Program-made: the position numbers and the translations under genes | Notes under the pieces: generated by a model | Database searches by the model: none | What the model saw: only the letters and a program-made list of their open reading frames with translations | Told to the model about the DNA's origin: nothing | In this document: one piece after another, positions 24,001 to 37,227 of the stretch | Position numbering within the stretch: the stretch's first letter is position 1 | How the letters are laid out: each line of letters opens with the position of its first letter | Source of the DNA: Catajapyx aquilonaris | Lineage: Eukaryota | Assembly: GCA_000934665.2 (NCBI GenBank) | Contig: JYFJ02000277.1 | Span: forward strand, 62,001 to 126,000 | Direction of reading: 5' to 3' | Length of the DNA: 64,000 nt

Positions 24001-27000
24001 AATACACTTGTCCCAACAATGTACCCGTTGTTTCTTCCTATTGGTGTAGAACTCAGGGCTGTGGGAGCAGCACCAAGTGCAAACAGCAGACTCAACTTCT
24101 GCATTTCAGATGTACCAATAGCCCTTCATGTGTGTCTTCATTTTTGGGAAAAGACAGAAGTCACAGGGTGCAATATCTAGGCTGTACGGTGAATGAGGAA
24201 GTACAGGGAATTTGAGTCTGTCTTGTATGTCAAGTTTCTGGCCGATCGCAAAACTGTGAATTCTGAGGTGCATGTGGACACTGTGGAGGTTTCAGCCATG
24301 AATGAACTGGGTGTGCTCAGGAAAGGATGTCATTCTTCACCACAATAATGCTCGACCACACACACGCCATCACACTGCAGATACCCTCCAGAGACTCAAC
24401 TTGTACTTCCTCATCCAGTGTACAGTCCAGATCTTGCACCTGTGACTTCTGTCTTTTTCCAAAAATTAAGAGGTGGCACTTATGTAGAAAAGTAAATGTA
24501 CGGTATGGTTTTGAAGAGGACATTACATGCTTTCATTTGATGTTACCAGCATTATCCTGTGATATGTATTGCACATTCTATGTACATTGAGGCAAAGGTT
24601 TGCAGCGTTCCCTCATAGCATCTGCACATAAGCAGGCAATTTCTTTCACATCTGAGGTCCTGAGTTCGATCTCCAGGTCCGACAGAGGATTCTTATGTGG
24701 AAAGGGTTTGGTTGGGTTCTCTCCATGTTCCCGTGGGTTTTCTTGGGGCTCTCCTGTTTCCTCCCACTATCAAAAACCCATCGGAGTACAGGCAAGTGAT
24801 TAAAGTCGGTGATAGAAAAGATGATCCCCTAAAAGGCCCAAGGAGGCCTATCATGGGGTATCCATTATTATCATCATTGATATCAATGACGAGGTGGACA
24901 GGTGTAACCTGGACTCCACTGGCTATACCCCTGTATGGGAACATGGTTTCTATAAGGGACATCGTGAAGGTGTCTTTGCATGAGGAAATGCTTGTGCAGC
25001 TGATGTGCACCTATTCACAAATCATCTCCTCTACATTGTTGTTGATGTAGATCAGTGTCATCACCATTAGCATGTCAAGGAGTTCTCATTCATGAGCCTT
25101 TATTTAGTTGGCAACTACACTCTGCCCTACACGCCTTTGCGAACAAAGGACAATCATTGTAGATGGGGGGATTTTATTATCAATTGTATTTCAGTTACGA
25201 TGTACCTGTGCTGGGCATCCAAAACTTGTATTGGAAATCGTGGATTATGCTTCTGATCTTGGCAGCACACAATCCCACTCCTATTGGATGGGAAGCATGG
25301 AACCATTACCCAATGCTGAGGACCTTCATAGAGATGATTGTCACGGAGTAAGTCTGTACTTTCACATTGACCTATTAATGGTTTCTTCCATGCATCAGTA
25401 GTTGAAAACCTTAAGTTGTTTTGCAGCAACTTCACATATCCATGCTCAACGTTATGGAGCAGGGAGATTGCAGAAAATATGAAGAGCAAAGAGAGGCAGC
25501 TGGTTGAGCTGGAGAAGAGTCAGATCTTGATCTTTGAGGGGTATCTGGCATCTACCTCCAGCGACATTGTAATCACAGAGTCTACGTCCCATTTGGTTTC
25601 TCTGGTGAGTTCAGCGTTCTGTAATGTACATTAGAAAATTACTTTTTTGTGTGTATTACCCTGTGATAGGGCTGTGAGCCCTCTTAGGGGGGGGGGTGGT
25701 GAGGGGAGGTTCCTGAAGGAGGGCGCTCTTCAGTAGTTTCTAGTCATTTCAGACCCTCTTAAATACCAGACCTTTTCTCTAGGCCCTGAGCAGAGAAGGG
25801 AGTGCAATTCCGGTGAAAAGCGGAAAAAGATCTGCCACGTACCGTTACAGGATGGGGATGGGATTTGAACCCAGGACCTCCCACTTGGTTGGCCAGTAGC
25901 ATATAGCCACTAGACAACCCTGTCCCCATCTAGAAAATTACTTAAATTATGTCTAATTAGCTTTTATTTACTTTTTGTGCAAACCAAGTGCCTCAGGAAC
26001 AATGAAAAGTCAGATATAATTATGTGTGGATGGGATTCTTGCTTGGACAATCATCATACTGTATGATTTTTCTTCTCTGGTGCGAATGGATTTGTTTTGG
26101 GTGTCTCCTTGTTCTGGCCGTATTTTTCCTGTCCGCCGAAACTTGTTTTTATGAGACCCTGGATACCGAGAAAACTCGTCCAAGACAGCATTATTTTGCC
26201 ACTGACAGATGTTTTGCAATGTAGGCCTATTCATGTGGCATATACGTATAACACAAATCTGTTCAGCATGGAAAATTTTAGAGGAATGGAGCAATTCCAC
26301 TACAGATAGGTTTCAAATGTACATATTTTCACTTGGCTCAGAAATTTAATTTTGTAAGGGTGTACCTCGTTTCCTCCCACATAATTATGCAGCAAAGAGC
26401 AATGTGATCAATGTGTTGCTTTGCATACACTTAAAATGATCTCTCAGAGAACAAACTGAATTAATGATAACCTTTTTTTCCACCTTCCAACACATCAGTT
26501 GATGACTTACAATCCACAAGGCCCACCCCGCATTCCACCTTCCAATGTCCTGGACCAACTGAAGAGTCTGTCCAAAAGCTTGAGACTCCGGGCACTCCTG
26601 AGCACCGTCCAAGACCCAGGCTATGTTTCCGAGATCATATATGACTTGAAGACGTATGGACTGCTGACAGGATGGGTAAAGGATCTGGTCCATGCCCACG
26701 TGGGACCAATTAGTAATTTACCTGTTATGTGCCTCTGTGAATACATCACAAATGTGGAGGTGCAGCAGATTGCAGAGTCAAGATATGAGAATGTAGAGGG
26801 TTTTAGTAATCCAGATGGAAGAGGAAATGTGATTGCAGAAAAGGTAAAATCTGAGCTGAAGAAGCAGGCGAAGCTTCAGGAGATCAGAGCACACTTGCAG
26901 GCAAGTCATACCATGACCCAATGTATGTTTCAAAATTCAACAGTGAATCATTGAAATGTTAGAAGTCTTTGCATGCCACATGTGATTTCCTCATTGATAT

Positions 27001-30000
27001 TACGCACCTACTCAGCATTGCCTGAAATGTTTTTTCACATCACTTTTTCAAAAAATGTGCGCAGTCTTAACTCCTTGTAATCCAGTCATGCTATTCACCA
27101 AATTTTTACAGATGATGCTTGGAATCCGATTTTAAACATTTTAAACCAACTAGTACAATAATAATTTTCACTATTAGTGTGTGTCCATTGCATATAAGAT
27201 AGAATATTCTGGATATTTGGAGATCTGGTATGATGATGTAATACTCTCTTGCAGGGTATCTTGGACTCGAAGTCCTCTCATTCCTCAGGAGTCGTGCTTG
27301 ATTGCTTTCTTGAGAGCCTGGCCTCAGTGAGCAGGTCAACCAGGATTAGGGCTGTGAATGGCCTGCAGTGGCTCCTGACATCTCATGGCTGTGCTGAAAA
27401 GGATGACCAGGACGTTACTCTGGATGCAGAGAACATAACTATCTATGACGTTGAAGGATTTGGACACAAGCCTCATCAACACATTAATCAGCAGGAGAAT
27501 CCATATGCATGGCTGCTCACTGACATTCCACTCTTGGTTTCTTTCAATGACATCTCTGGGCGGGTTAGTGTCTTGCTCAAGGCAAGAAGGGTGCAATCTT
27601 GTAATTGAGGGGGTCTGAGATAAAAAAAATGACCAAGTTCACTTTTGGGGGATGTAACACAAATACGTGCAGCAATTTTATTATGTATATTAATGTCATT
27701 GGGTATTAATTGCACATTTCTGTATGTTGCTGAACAGCATATGGACGTAAAAAGTTTCAAGATTGTACCAGTGAAAGTTAGTAGTCATCAGTTTTTGTTC
27801 ATTTTATGACTAGTTTTTACAAGTGGACATGGCCGTTATTGAAATCTCAGACCCTTCCATTTTTAGACATAGTGATGAATCAAGTAATAATATGGAGAGG
27901 GACGTCTTAAAATTCTGCTCGATTTGATGAAACTTCTTTCTGTGGATTGATTTCTGACAGTAGGAGGAAATGGGAGACCCTGGACATAAAAACCCACAGC
28001 GGTGATTTGCCCTGATGAGAGCACCTATTGAAATGTAGCTTTATATGAGAAAGTACTTTGTCGTATCCATATTGAATCCATCCATGAGATCATCCACAGA
28101 GAAGCATCAGATACAAAAGAGGATTTCAAAAGATTTACTACCTACTTAAAGTTTTCATTTTTCAAAAGTAGTATTAGTAGAATTAGTCAGTTCCACTTAA
28201 GGGGTTCTGAGGAACTCTCACTATACATGTTCAGGTGTTTGAATTTTAAAAATGTGTGCCATGATTTCTGTTCCAAGTTACATATTTAGATTCATAGAAG
28301 AAATTGTTTTAAACTTGATAAAAATCAGAGCATCCTTAAAATATGAAATATTTCTTATAGGCTATACCGGTACTACTGGTTAGTATAGTCCACTGTTTCT
28401 TTCACCACAACTGCTGAAGGTAATATTGAAATGATTTTTTTTAAACAGGTGACTGCAGGCCTTCAAAATGCGTGCCTGGTGAGCTGTGAGCCTGATTTTG
28501 TGTCTGCGTGCATCCTATTTTTTGCACGCTATTCGATACACATCTCGAACCAGTACCTCTTTGGTGTGACCTTGGATCTCGCCTGGATGATGATGGGCCA
28601 TCCGATTGTGACTAGAGCCATACTGCCACAGAAAGGCTGCATAGAACCTGAGACTGTGGACACATTCCATGCTCTACTTGAAATATTCACTCACTACAGC
28701 CGCAAGGTGAAGTTTTAAAAAGGGTTATAATTTTTATGATAGTGAGAGGAATTCACTGTGAGGATCTCAGAATATGACTTATGTCCAGAGAGAGGATGTG
28801 ACGTATTGAACTTTTCTTCAGAAATTAACTATACAGTATTTGCTATGTTTCATTTTTATTATGAAAAAATTGCCTGCCGAGTAGAATTATTGTCCAGTGT
28901 TCCTTGAGCTTTCCAGTGCAATGTTATTCCATGCATTGTCACAGGATGTTGATTTTGGTGTCAGTGACCTTTTAAAATATGCAATGTAAAAGCAGTAGAT
29001 CATGTCCTTAATTTCCATGGATATAAAGTACATTAAACCAAAGAATGATCTGACGTCACATTCAGCCCCGCCTCCACCTGGCTCTTCCCTCCTATCTCAT
29101 GTCCCCGAATCACTCTGCAACCGTACTACACTGCACATGCTCAGAAAACATGGGTGGTGTGATGTCCTATTGTTCTTCCTCTTATGTTGCCTGCTTCTTT
29201 CCTGGCATGATGCGCATTTACAATTTTAAGGTTAAGCCATGTTATCCTTCCTAAGCATAATTATACTTCTTTAAGGTGAGGGACACTGTCGTGACTCACT
29301 CTCAGAAAGCCAACATTGTCTGTATTGAGTGGGAAAATGGAGTGGAGCTAACCACAGACATCACTGTTGTGTGGACCATCGCCTTACTTCTCTCATATGG
29401 CCCCATCGGAGGTGAGGGTAGCTACGGCTACTGTGGAAGAGTGTTTCATGATTTAAACTAATGTGCAATATATTGTAAAGATACTAACTGAATTTCTAAC
29501 AGACCTTAATGTGTTTTATGCTGCAAGATATCTCGTATAATTATGACTTTTATTACTGTTTCTCATTTATTGTTGGAAAAGGCAGCCAATATTGAAGCAC
29601 TGCTATATGCAAATTTAGAGTACCGGTAGCGCTTTTGGGTTTTACACAGGAGTGCAAAACTAATTCAAGTCTTGTCCTTAACCCAGATCCAAGATACTTC
29701 ACCAGTCTATTGGAGATGTGGTTTCCACCTGGTCAAGAGGGACCTAAGGGTTATGCTTTGGGAACAAATAATGAAGTTATATTGTTTTCTGAAGACATCA
29801 AGCTGAAGATGATGTGCTCAAATGTAAAGAACCTTGTGGACGCCTCCATGACGGGCCTGACTCTGGAGGACCTTGTCAAGCTTGTACAAAAGTTTGGAAT
29901 ATCATGCTTGGCCGTGACGTAAGATTGTCATTCTGTAATGGATTCTTAGCTGTATCTGGAAACTAATGTGGACTTATTGTTGCTCTTCAGGCAATTACTG

Positions 30001-33000
30001 CAAATGCTAGATGAAGCATCTCAAGCCAATCCTGCCTTAGTAATTGAGAAAGTGGCAGGCAAAGGTGCAGGAATCATTCGCATGGTGGAAGCACATCGTG
30101 GGAGAGGGGCCACTGGAGGAGAGAAGTTCCTGGGACTTCTGCAGCCAAGAGATGTGCTGGCATGTTCTCCAGAGAAGATGATGCCTGCCTACACTGAGGT
30201 GCAGGGTGTAACAATCAACACACCAACAGAAAAAGTGGATCCATCTCCATGTCAAGTGAAGGCAATGATGGAGATTGTGTTCTGGTCCGATTCCAACAGT
30301 GCCAGGACCAAGGCTTTTCGGGACCTTCAGACAAAGCTGCGCATGGAAGCAGCTTCCATTGCAACCAGGAGGGAACATGAAAAGAAAGAAAGGCTCATCC
30401 TCTGTGCCTCGTTGAAGGCACTTGAGGATGCCATGAATAAGGAAGGATTTGCATTGAGAGCAGCGAGCATGCCTGCTTTTACTGGGGCTCTCATCCGCCT
30501 CTTAGTTACCTTATGCGTAAGTAGTAATATGCCCAAGCATTGATCCTAAGAAAAGAGTTGGTTTTGCAAACATTTGCTTCAAAATCGTTAAATTCATACA
30601 CTGTTTAATATTATAATGAGTGTCTTTTTGCTTGTGTCACTTAATATCTGGAGTGGTTTGTGTTCTGTATCCTTATAGGGCAAAGTTGCATATTCATTTG
30701 CTTGTGACTTGACTTTTTTTTCCCCCCCTTTAAGAAAAGTGAGAAGGAATGATTTTTATTATCACTTTCACAGAATGATCCAACATTGGAGAACTCGGGG
30801 GAGAGGACCCACTTACAAGAGTTAGGAAGGAGATTGCTACTTCTTCCGGAGATGAACTTATGTCCCTCTAAGTCCAGCCTGCTTAAATTTTGTGGTCTAC
30901 CAAAGAAAAAGTCATCAGCTCCTCTCAAGATTGAAACATCATCAAATATGATTGAAGGTGATTTCCCTTACAAATATGTACTTTTCCTCCTCTTGAAACA
31001 CAATTATTGGATAGTAGTAGCATGTTTCAGATCATTCATACTGTAGGAAACAATAAGTTGCGTACATGTGCCAAAAAAAAAATGCAGAACGAGAAAACTA
31101 ATTAAGCAGTGGCCCACTTAACAGTTAAGGAATGCACGATGGGCATAATGTATGGTTACAATGGGCGCATAACTGACATGCATGACTTATCGCCTCTCTG
31201 CAAAGAGATACGCTGTGCCACGTATTGAAATTATCATCTTACACAGATTTTTCTGAATTTCCATTGGTGTAATCCCATTTGAAACACTCTTAAATTAGGT
31301 TGAGGCGATTAAAGTCATTTTCTTTAAATTGTTTAGACTCGATGTAATGACTGGTGGTGGACCACTTTTACCACATTACTAACGCCTCATTACACTTTTA
31401 CTCATTTGGCCTCCCTCTCTATTCACTGCCTGCTTGTTCCTGATCCTATTGATAACCCTGCAGTGACTTCATATGTTTGTGAACACAATGTAACACACAT
31501 GCATCAGATATATAAAGTTGCACAATTCACACTACGGGCCGTTTTCTCGAACAGTGCAGTGGTTCAAATGTAAACCCGGTTCAAAGCCGTTTTAAACCCT
31601 TGACAACAGCCTAACAACAATCAAATCAGGGATTAAACTGGCTTTGAACCCGGTTTACATTTGAACCCCTGTTCGAGAAAACGGCCCTACATGTGCAAAT
31701 TAACAATGAACAATTAATTGTACGTTTTACATTAGCTCTCCGGAACAGTCCACCCGACAAGCTGGAGAAGGTCATAAGGAAACTGGTCAAGGAGATGGTA
31801 ACAAGCAGCCAGAGGCGCCAGCTAGTGGAAGTCTTATGGGCTCAAGTGGAGGACATCAACTCTCACTTATCCCCAGAGATGTTTCTCGATTGGCTTCTGA
31901 TCCTGGACCCAGAGATGAACAATGGCAACTCAGCCCTCTATATGAATGTGCTGTTCTCCAGAAGAGACATTTCCATCAGGCCTGCTCTTATTAGCCATCT
32001 CTTATATGGGACTCAGTGGAAGACCCTCAACTCATACATTATCCGGTTGTTGCAGGAATATGATGCGCAGTAAGTGTATCATTGACTTAAAAACGCATTT
32101 GCAGGGGTATCTTATGTGGAATATCAATATTCAAAGCAGATGGCCTAAATAATGCGGCAAATTATCAACTAATTTCACATCAGAACTGCATCAGTATGTT
32201 AATCGCCTCTCCTACAATTGCCATTCCTGCTGTATCAAAGATAAAATGGGACGTATGTGTTTCTGATTGAAATCTTGCTTTCTGGCAGATATAATCCAAC
32301 TCCTCTTCTGGACATCCTGAGCACACTGACCACCAGCCACTCTTACCTGTGGCAAGGGAGGGATCTTCGTTACAACCCCAGAAGCCAAGCACAAGAGGAT
32401 GATACCCTAAGGTTGGATGCAACCCAGCTCATCTCACTCACTGAGTACATAGTAGAGGAGACCTCCCAAGCTCTCGCTGGTGCAAATGATGATACCCCCT
32501 TGCGGATGTTGGAAGCTCGCACCAACTTAGTGATCCAGAGTTGTAGGCACAGGATGGAGCTTCTAGAGGGAGGCATTCTCTCCAAGCTACAGGCCTTGGT
32601 GCATGGTGGATCAGAAGCTGCTATGTACCTCATGACGCGCCTGTACCTCCATGTGCCACGCATCAACAACCTGATAGCCTCTGTTGACGCAGCGGTTTTA
32701 GGGACCTGCGATGTTTCAACCTCTTGCACCTTTGATGCTATGCTGCGAACCCTCATAAGCTATCTTGGCTGCCCCAGACAGGGAATGAAGTGGGTGACAG
32801 ATTCAACTGATGCGGAAATGTTAGTGAGGAAGGCTGCAGCACATCACCCTGTACTGTTCCTGAGGTTCCTGCCATTGCTCGCTCGATTCCTTCATGGAAG
32901 GTCCTGGCTGAACTATTGGCATTTTAGGTAAGTGTCCACATGGAGAAAATATTTAGTTGGAGCAAGTGCCAGGCAGTGGGTATTTTCAGTTGCCTCACAG

Positions 33001-34486
33001 TCAGTTTAGTGTATACCAGGGAGCATAAATATTTTTTAAATTTAAAATCAAAGCGATTAAGGCAAGTTTGGGCTGCATATCCTAAATTAGTGTCCTTGGA
33101 ATTTCCTCTTTGAATCAAATGTAAACCTTGGACCGCCTTGGACAATGTGCGTTTGTGATCCTGGTGAGGATTGTTTCATGCTAAGCAGCAACAGTAATCG
33201 GCCATCATCACGTATCGGCTTCCTTGACATCCCACAATCTGCCATGCCCAGAATATCAGATGACTTACACCAGATACCCAGAAGTTCCAGCATTTGTTGA
33301 ATAAAGTAGTAAGTTACTGTATTAGCAGGCCAATTTTGTTAACCAAATCTCTCTTGCTGCAGGTCCCAAAACAACCAGGTCCTGTTCTCTCGCACCATTG
33401 GAATTCTTGAACTCCTGCAGCCGCAGTTGTTTTGGGCCCAACATGCAGGTGCTTTGGAAGATATTTTGTCCACCTACATGAAAGTGTACCGACAACATAC
33501 CTGCATGACAGATCTTGGACCCATACTTGGCCGAGTTGTGGCTTTGATGAGAAAATACATTCAATATTCTCCAAGTAGGGGGCTTGCTTTTGCACAGAAG
33601 CATGCCTGTCTGTTGAGTGAGCTGTCAAAAGTGTATTTTCACATGGGCAGCCTTCACGTGCTGACTTCGGCTGCAGAAAGGTCGAATCAGAACCCCGAAA
33701 TACTTGCAACCAGCACTACTTTGGCATTGTTATACAATGATACGACAGAGTGTGTGCGTGAAAATCTTTGGCCGCTTTACCAGCAGTTGGCCCAAAAGAA
33801 AGATCCTATTGACATATTAATGATTCTTCAGGAGCTTGAAAGGCACTCATCAGTAGATTTTAATAGTGCACTGGGCCCTGCTGCCAACAGCCTAAAGGAA
33901 CTTATAAGTCACAGTGCTGAGGAGGTGAGAAGTTTGGCCTTCATTCTACTGGTGCGATACATGAAGAGCTGCCCAAGGGAGGCTGCACAATTTATGGGTG
34001 AATACATGGGTTGCCTGGACTCCAATAATATGGGCGTGGTTGTAACAGCCATGCAACACCTGTCTCCGTTTGTCATCTTAGTTCAAGGTACAAAGACTCA
34101 GATATTATGCCATTCTCATTTTTTAAATGTTCCAGTGTGTCCCCTTAGTGCTTGAATCACCTGAATACACCTTTAAAATAATTTAAAAAACCATAGTATA
34201 CAGTACCTATGCTCAATTTTGTCAATTATTTACACCTCTTGTTTCATACTACTACAGTACCTTTTTATAGCCTGGGCATGTACTAGTGATCATAAAACCT
34301 TTTTTTTAAAATTCTTGCCTTTCAGAGCATGCTGAAGTGCTTCTGAAGAAGGTATTTGAGTTGGCAATTGCAGGAAAATTCGACTCCAGGCTTGCCGTCA
34401 AGGCCATTGCTGAATCTCTTAACCGCCTGAGCATACAAAATTACTTTGGTGACGCAGAGAAGGACACCACATCAACAGTCACCTAG
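18028..34486 (+). CDS. INTS1: Integrator complex subunit 1, multi-exon, apparently complete
   Basis: N-terminal PPGDLIALG (cf. PPGDFIALG). Further matches: WPLQFVEEYAKDAAGARNWVDQEDCKPFVDNICTSFKT; VRLFSMQNMEVWLQ; LYWKSWIMLLILAAHNPTPIGWEAWNHYPMLRTFIEM; NPQGPPRIPP; LPVMCLCEY; LDWLLILDPEM; AAHHPVLFLRFLPLL; LELLQPQLF. The exons checked join in phase from ATG 18028 (first donor probably 18266) to TAG 34484-34486. Two introns need GC donors. Confidence 0.93.
23850..24570 (+). mobile_element. Degenerate mariner transposon in an INTS1 intron
   Basis: TIR-like start TACGAGGACATGCTGATAA. Fragments TVNSE, ILHHNNARPHT (cf. HDNARPH) and LPHPVYSPDLAPCDFCLFPKIK (the mariner YSPDLAPxD motif) lie in different frames. 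Confidence 0.85.
24630..24875 (+). mobile_element. SINE with a V/Meta-type central domain
   Basis: B box GAGTTCGATCTCC; body CGTGGGTTTTCTTGGGGCTCTCCTGTTTCCTCCCAC; tail CCCCTAAAAGG..CCTATCATGGGGTA then (ATT/ATC)n. 5' boundary uncertain. Confidence 0.7.
25645..25930 (-). mobile_element. tRNA-headed SINE with 13-bp TSD
   Basis: TSD TAGAAAATTACTT at 25632-25644 and 25931-25943. Minus-strand head GGTTGTCTAGTGG..GGTTCAAATCCC; tail CCCTATCACAGGGTAA. Confidence 0.88.
31536..31687. mobile_element. Fold-back MITE, PIF/Harbinger-like
   Basis: TIR GGGCCGTTTTCTCGAACAG / CTGTTCGAGAAAACGGCCC, long internal inverted arms, 3-bp TSD TAC on both sides. Confidence 0.85.
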
Positions 34487-35160
34487 GCCACGGTTTTATA
34501 TTCCTATGACCAAAAGAGTGAAGTCAAAGAAGAACAATAAGTTAGTGTAACAGTATATACCAAATCGGTCACCCTTAACCACACTCCATACCCACAAAGT
34601 TGTGCCTAATTTTGTTCTCCAACAAGCATTTCTAATCATCCATATCATCTGTCATTTTGTTTACAAGGCACTTATTGCTTGCCTCCTAGGTCATTAATAT
34701 AATGATACTGTTGTGGTCTTTACGTTGCAGCTCAATCTCCCAGCAAACATCCCAGTGACTCATCTTTAGAATCTCCTTTTTTAGTGTAATTGTTAAACGA
34801 GACCTTTAAATGTTCATATGTTCAAGACATATAAGGTAGATCTCCATTATTATAGCATACCTGCCTTGTTTCACAACAGGGCTTAAGTTACATGTGTGTG
34901 TTACATACGTTGTTTATGTGGTTTATCCTTGGTACCTTTTTTTTTTTTACCATTGTGGGTGTATTGCATATGGTACCTGATGAAGTTCAACTAGTCCTTA
35001 GAGGGGCTTTATACCTAAGATTTGAATGTAACCAGTGGACTCTCTTTTTCTCATGTTCTGACTTCCTACACTTATAGCCTTTTTTTATACATCCCATCTT
35101 GCTAATTATCTCCTAATTTGCAATTAAGTGTGAACACTTTCACACGAGCTGCAAATTGTA

Positions 35161-35282
35161 CTATCAGTCCAACAAGAATAATTGTCGCAGTGGCAGCGCA
35201 CGAACTACAATCTACGAGCACAGGGACACGAGAGACTGTAGTTCGTGCACTGCCGCTGCGACAATTCTTGTTGGACAGCAGG
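35161..35282. mobile_element. Short fold-back MITE-like inverted repeat flanked by TA
   Basis: GTCCAACAAGAATAATTGTCGCAGTGGCAGCGCACGAACTACAATCT is approximately the reverse complement of AGACTGTAGTTCGTGCACTGCCGCTGCGACAATTCTTGTTGGAC. Confidence 0.75.
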
Positions 35283-35540
35283 TACCACAAATAGGCCTAA
35301 GTACTCCTAAATGGTATCCAAAGCAGCAAGCATTTTAAAGTGTTAGACTATACTTTTCATCTGATCAATACTCGTTTGTGCATTTCCTCTTTTTTTGGTA
35401 CAATAAACTACTGATTTTCTTCTGTATTGTTAAAAATTATTTACCAGTGAGAGTGCGTAATAATGTGAAGGTGTCATAATAATGTGAATTTCAAATGAGT
35501 GCAGCCCAACTTCCAGCCATGATCACTTGCTCTCTTTGGA

Positions 35541-35720
35541 TGTACAGGGTGGTTGACACCTCCAATGATGGCTGGCAGGAGAAAAGGTGATGGATGACTT
35601 GCACTCCAGATGTGCAGGTGCATTCTGCAGATATCCTAATGTGTACACAGTATTTATGGAGTGGTGTATGAGGGGAGCCCCATTCATCCATAAACATTAT
35701 GCTCGGTTTCATTGGAGGTG
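35541..35720 (-). mobile_element. Possible Tc1/mariner-superfamily remnant
   Basis: TACAGGGTG TIR-like end at ~35543. Minus-strand MFMDE/GAPxH resembles the FMQDGAPPH catalytic-Asp motif if one frameshift is allowed. Confidence 0.35.
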
Positions 35721-37031
35721 TCGACTGCCATCCTGTATATGTGTGAGACGCACAAAACACATGTATACATGTTCCTGTTGAAGCTACATCAGCGAGCTCA
35801 TTCCTAATGGTTGTTTTCAAATTGCTGTCAAAACAGTACTGTAAACATGAGTTTGACATTTTCCTGTAGGTTGTAAAACATAAAACTTCTTGCCCGTCAG
35901 GATGCATTGTACATGTCAATAAAGTGCTCTTGGTATTACATAAGTGCAACAAATTTGTGAGAAAATCAAAGAAAAATATGATAAATATGCACACACAGTG
36001 TCAAGTACAGTACCTAGTATTACGCCCTTGTATGGATTGTTGTTTATCTTTATAAACTGACTGCTGGCCTAAAGTACAGTACTGAGTGGGTAACTGGTAA
36101 GGGCACCACCGTGTGAATTCCGTGTGACCTTACTATTTCCATTTCATTACCCTACTTTTCCCTACAACTTGCATGTTGAAATGCTACTGTAAAGCCCAAC
36201 ACATTCATAATAATATGCAGTCATATCAACAACATCTCTACACAGAGTTCCCACGCGGTCGGGAAAATCTTGAAAATGTAAATTTCGTATTTAACTTAGG
36301 GGTAAACCATACAGTAATGAGCCACTTATAGTAATCTCATTCATATTAATGTGTAAACTGTCCCAAAGGCGGCCCCATGTGAAAAGTGACCCATACATAA
36401 CTGTACTTTTGTGACTTTTTTGGAACTTTTCATTACCAAAAGTGACGGTACAGGAGAGTTTCAAAATTACAGTTGCTCCTTGAAAGAGTACATTCTGAAG
36501 ATTCAGAAAAAAAAATGTCATTAAACTGCAGATGTAATTACTGTGGGTCATGTGACGATGTGAACTTATAAAATTTCTTAAAATAATGGTCCATAACTGT
36601 ATAGTTTACCCCTACTTATTTCCGCCCTTGAAAAAGTCGGGATTTAATGATAAGTAACAAAATGTCGGGAAAGTGCACAAATATTCGGAAAAACCAAGAA
36701 AGGATGGAAAGTACGTATAGGTATCTACAGAGTTCCTGGATTTTTCCTGTCTATATACCCAAAAGCCCCGATCACCACCCGAAATTCCTCGCAAAGTACG
36801 ACGATTTCAGCAAATTCTTCTAGCATGGTTCTCAATGTTGTTATTCCGCATATTTTCACGCATTTTATAAATCCGCCTAACTCCTGCCGGCAGTACTCGG
36901 ATTCCCAGTTTTTATAGCCCTTTTATTTTTGGAAATTAATTTTTGGGACTTCTATAGACGAGTAAAATTGTTCCAGCCACATTCATCGTGTTTTCCCAGA
37001 TCGGGTAAGTATATAGCTGTTATTTGTAATA

Positions 37032-37227
37032 CTGGGTGGACCAACTTCAAGTGTCGTTTTATAACGGCTATTAATAGAAGCGCTTTAGATTGACGTAGCA
37101 GCGACGTGTAAAAAGGCCTACTTCGATGGCGCCGAAGTGGGACATTTTACACGTCGCTGCTACGTCATCGCAAAATCACTGCTATTAATCGCCGTTATAA
37201 AACGACACTTGAAGTTGGTCCACCCTG
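37032..37227. mobile_element. Fold-back MITE, Tc1/mariner-like (TA target sites)
   Basis: TA|CTGGGTGGACCAACTTCAAGTGTCGTTTTATAACGGC ... GCCGTTATAAAACGACACTTGAAGTTGGTCCACCCTG|TA, with inner arms TGACGTAGCAGCGACGTGTAAAA. Confidence 0.88.

Noticed and set aside
27582..27587. Third GC donor in INTS1 (AAG|GCAAGA)
   Set aside because: A canonical in-phase donor CGG|GTTAGT at 27564 gives a gap-free match to INTS1 (FNDISGR|VTAGLQNA).
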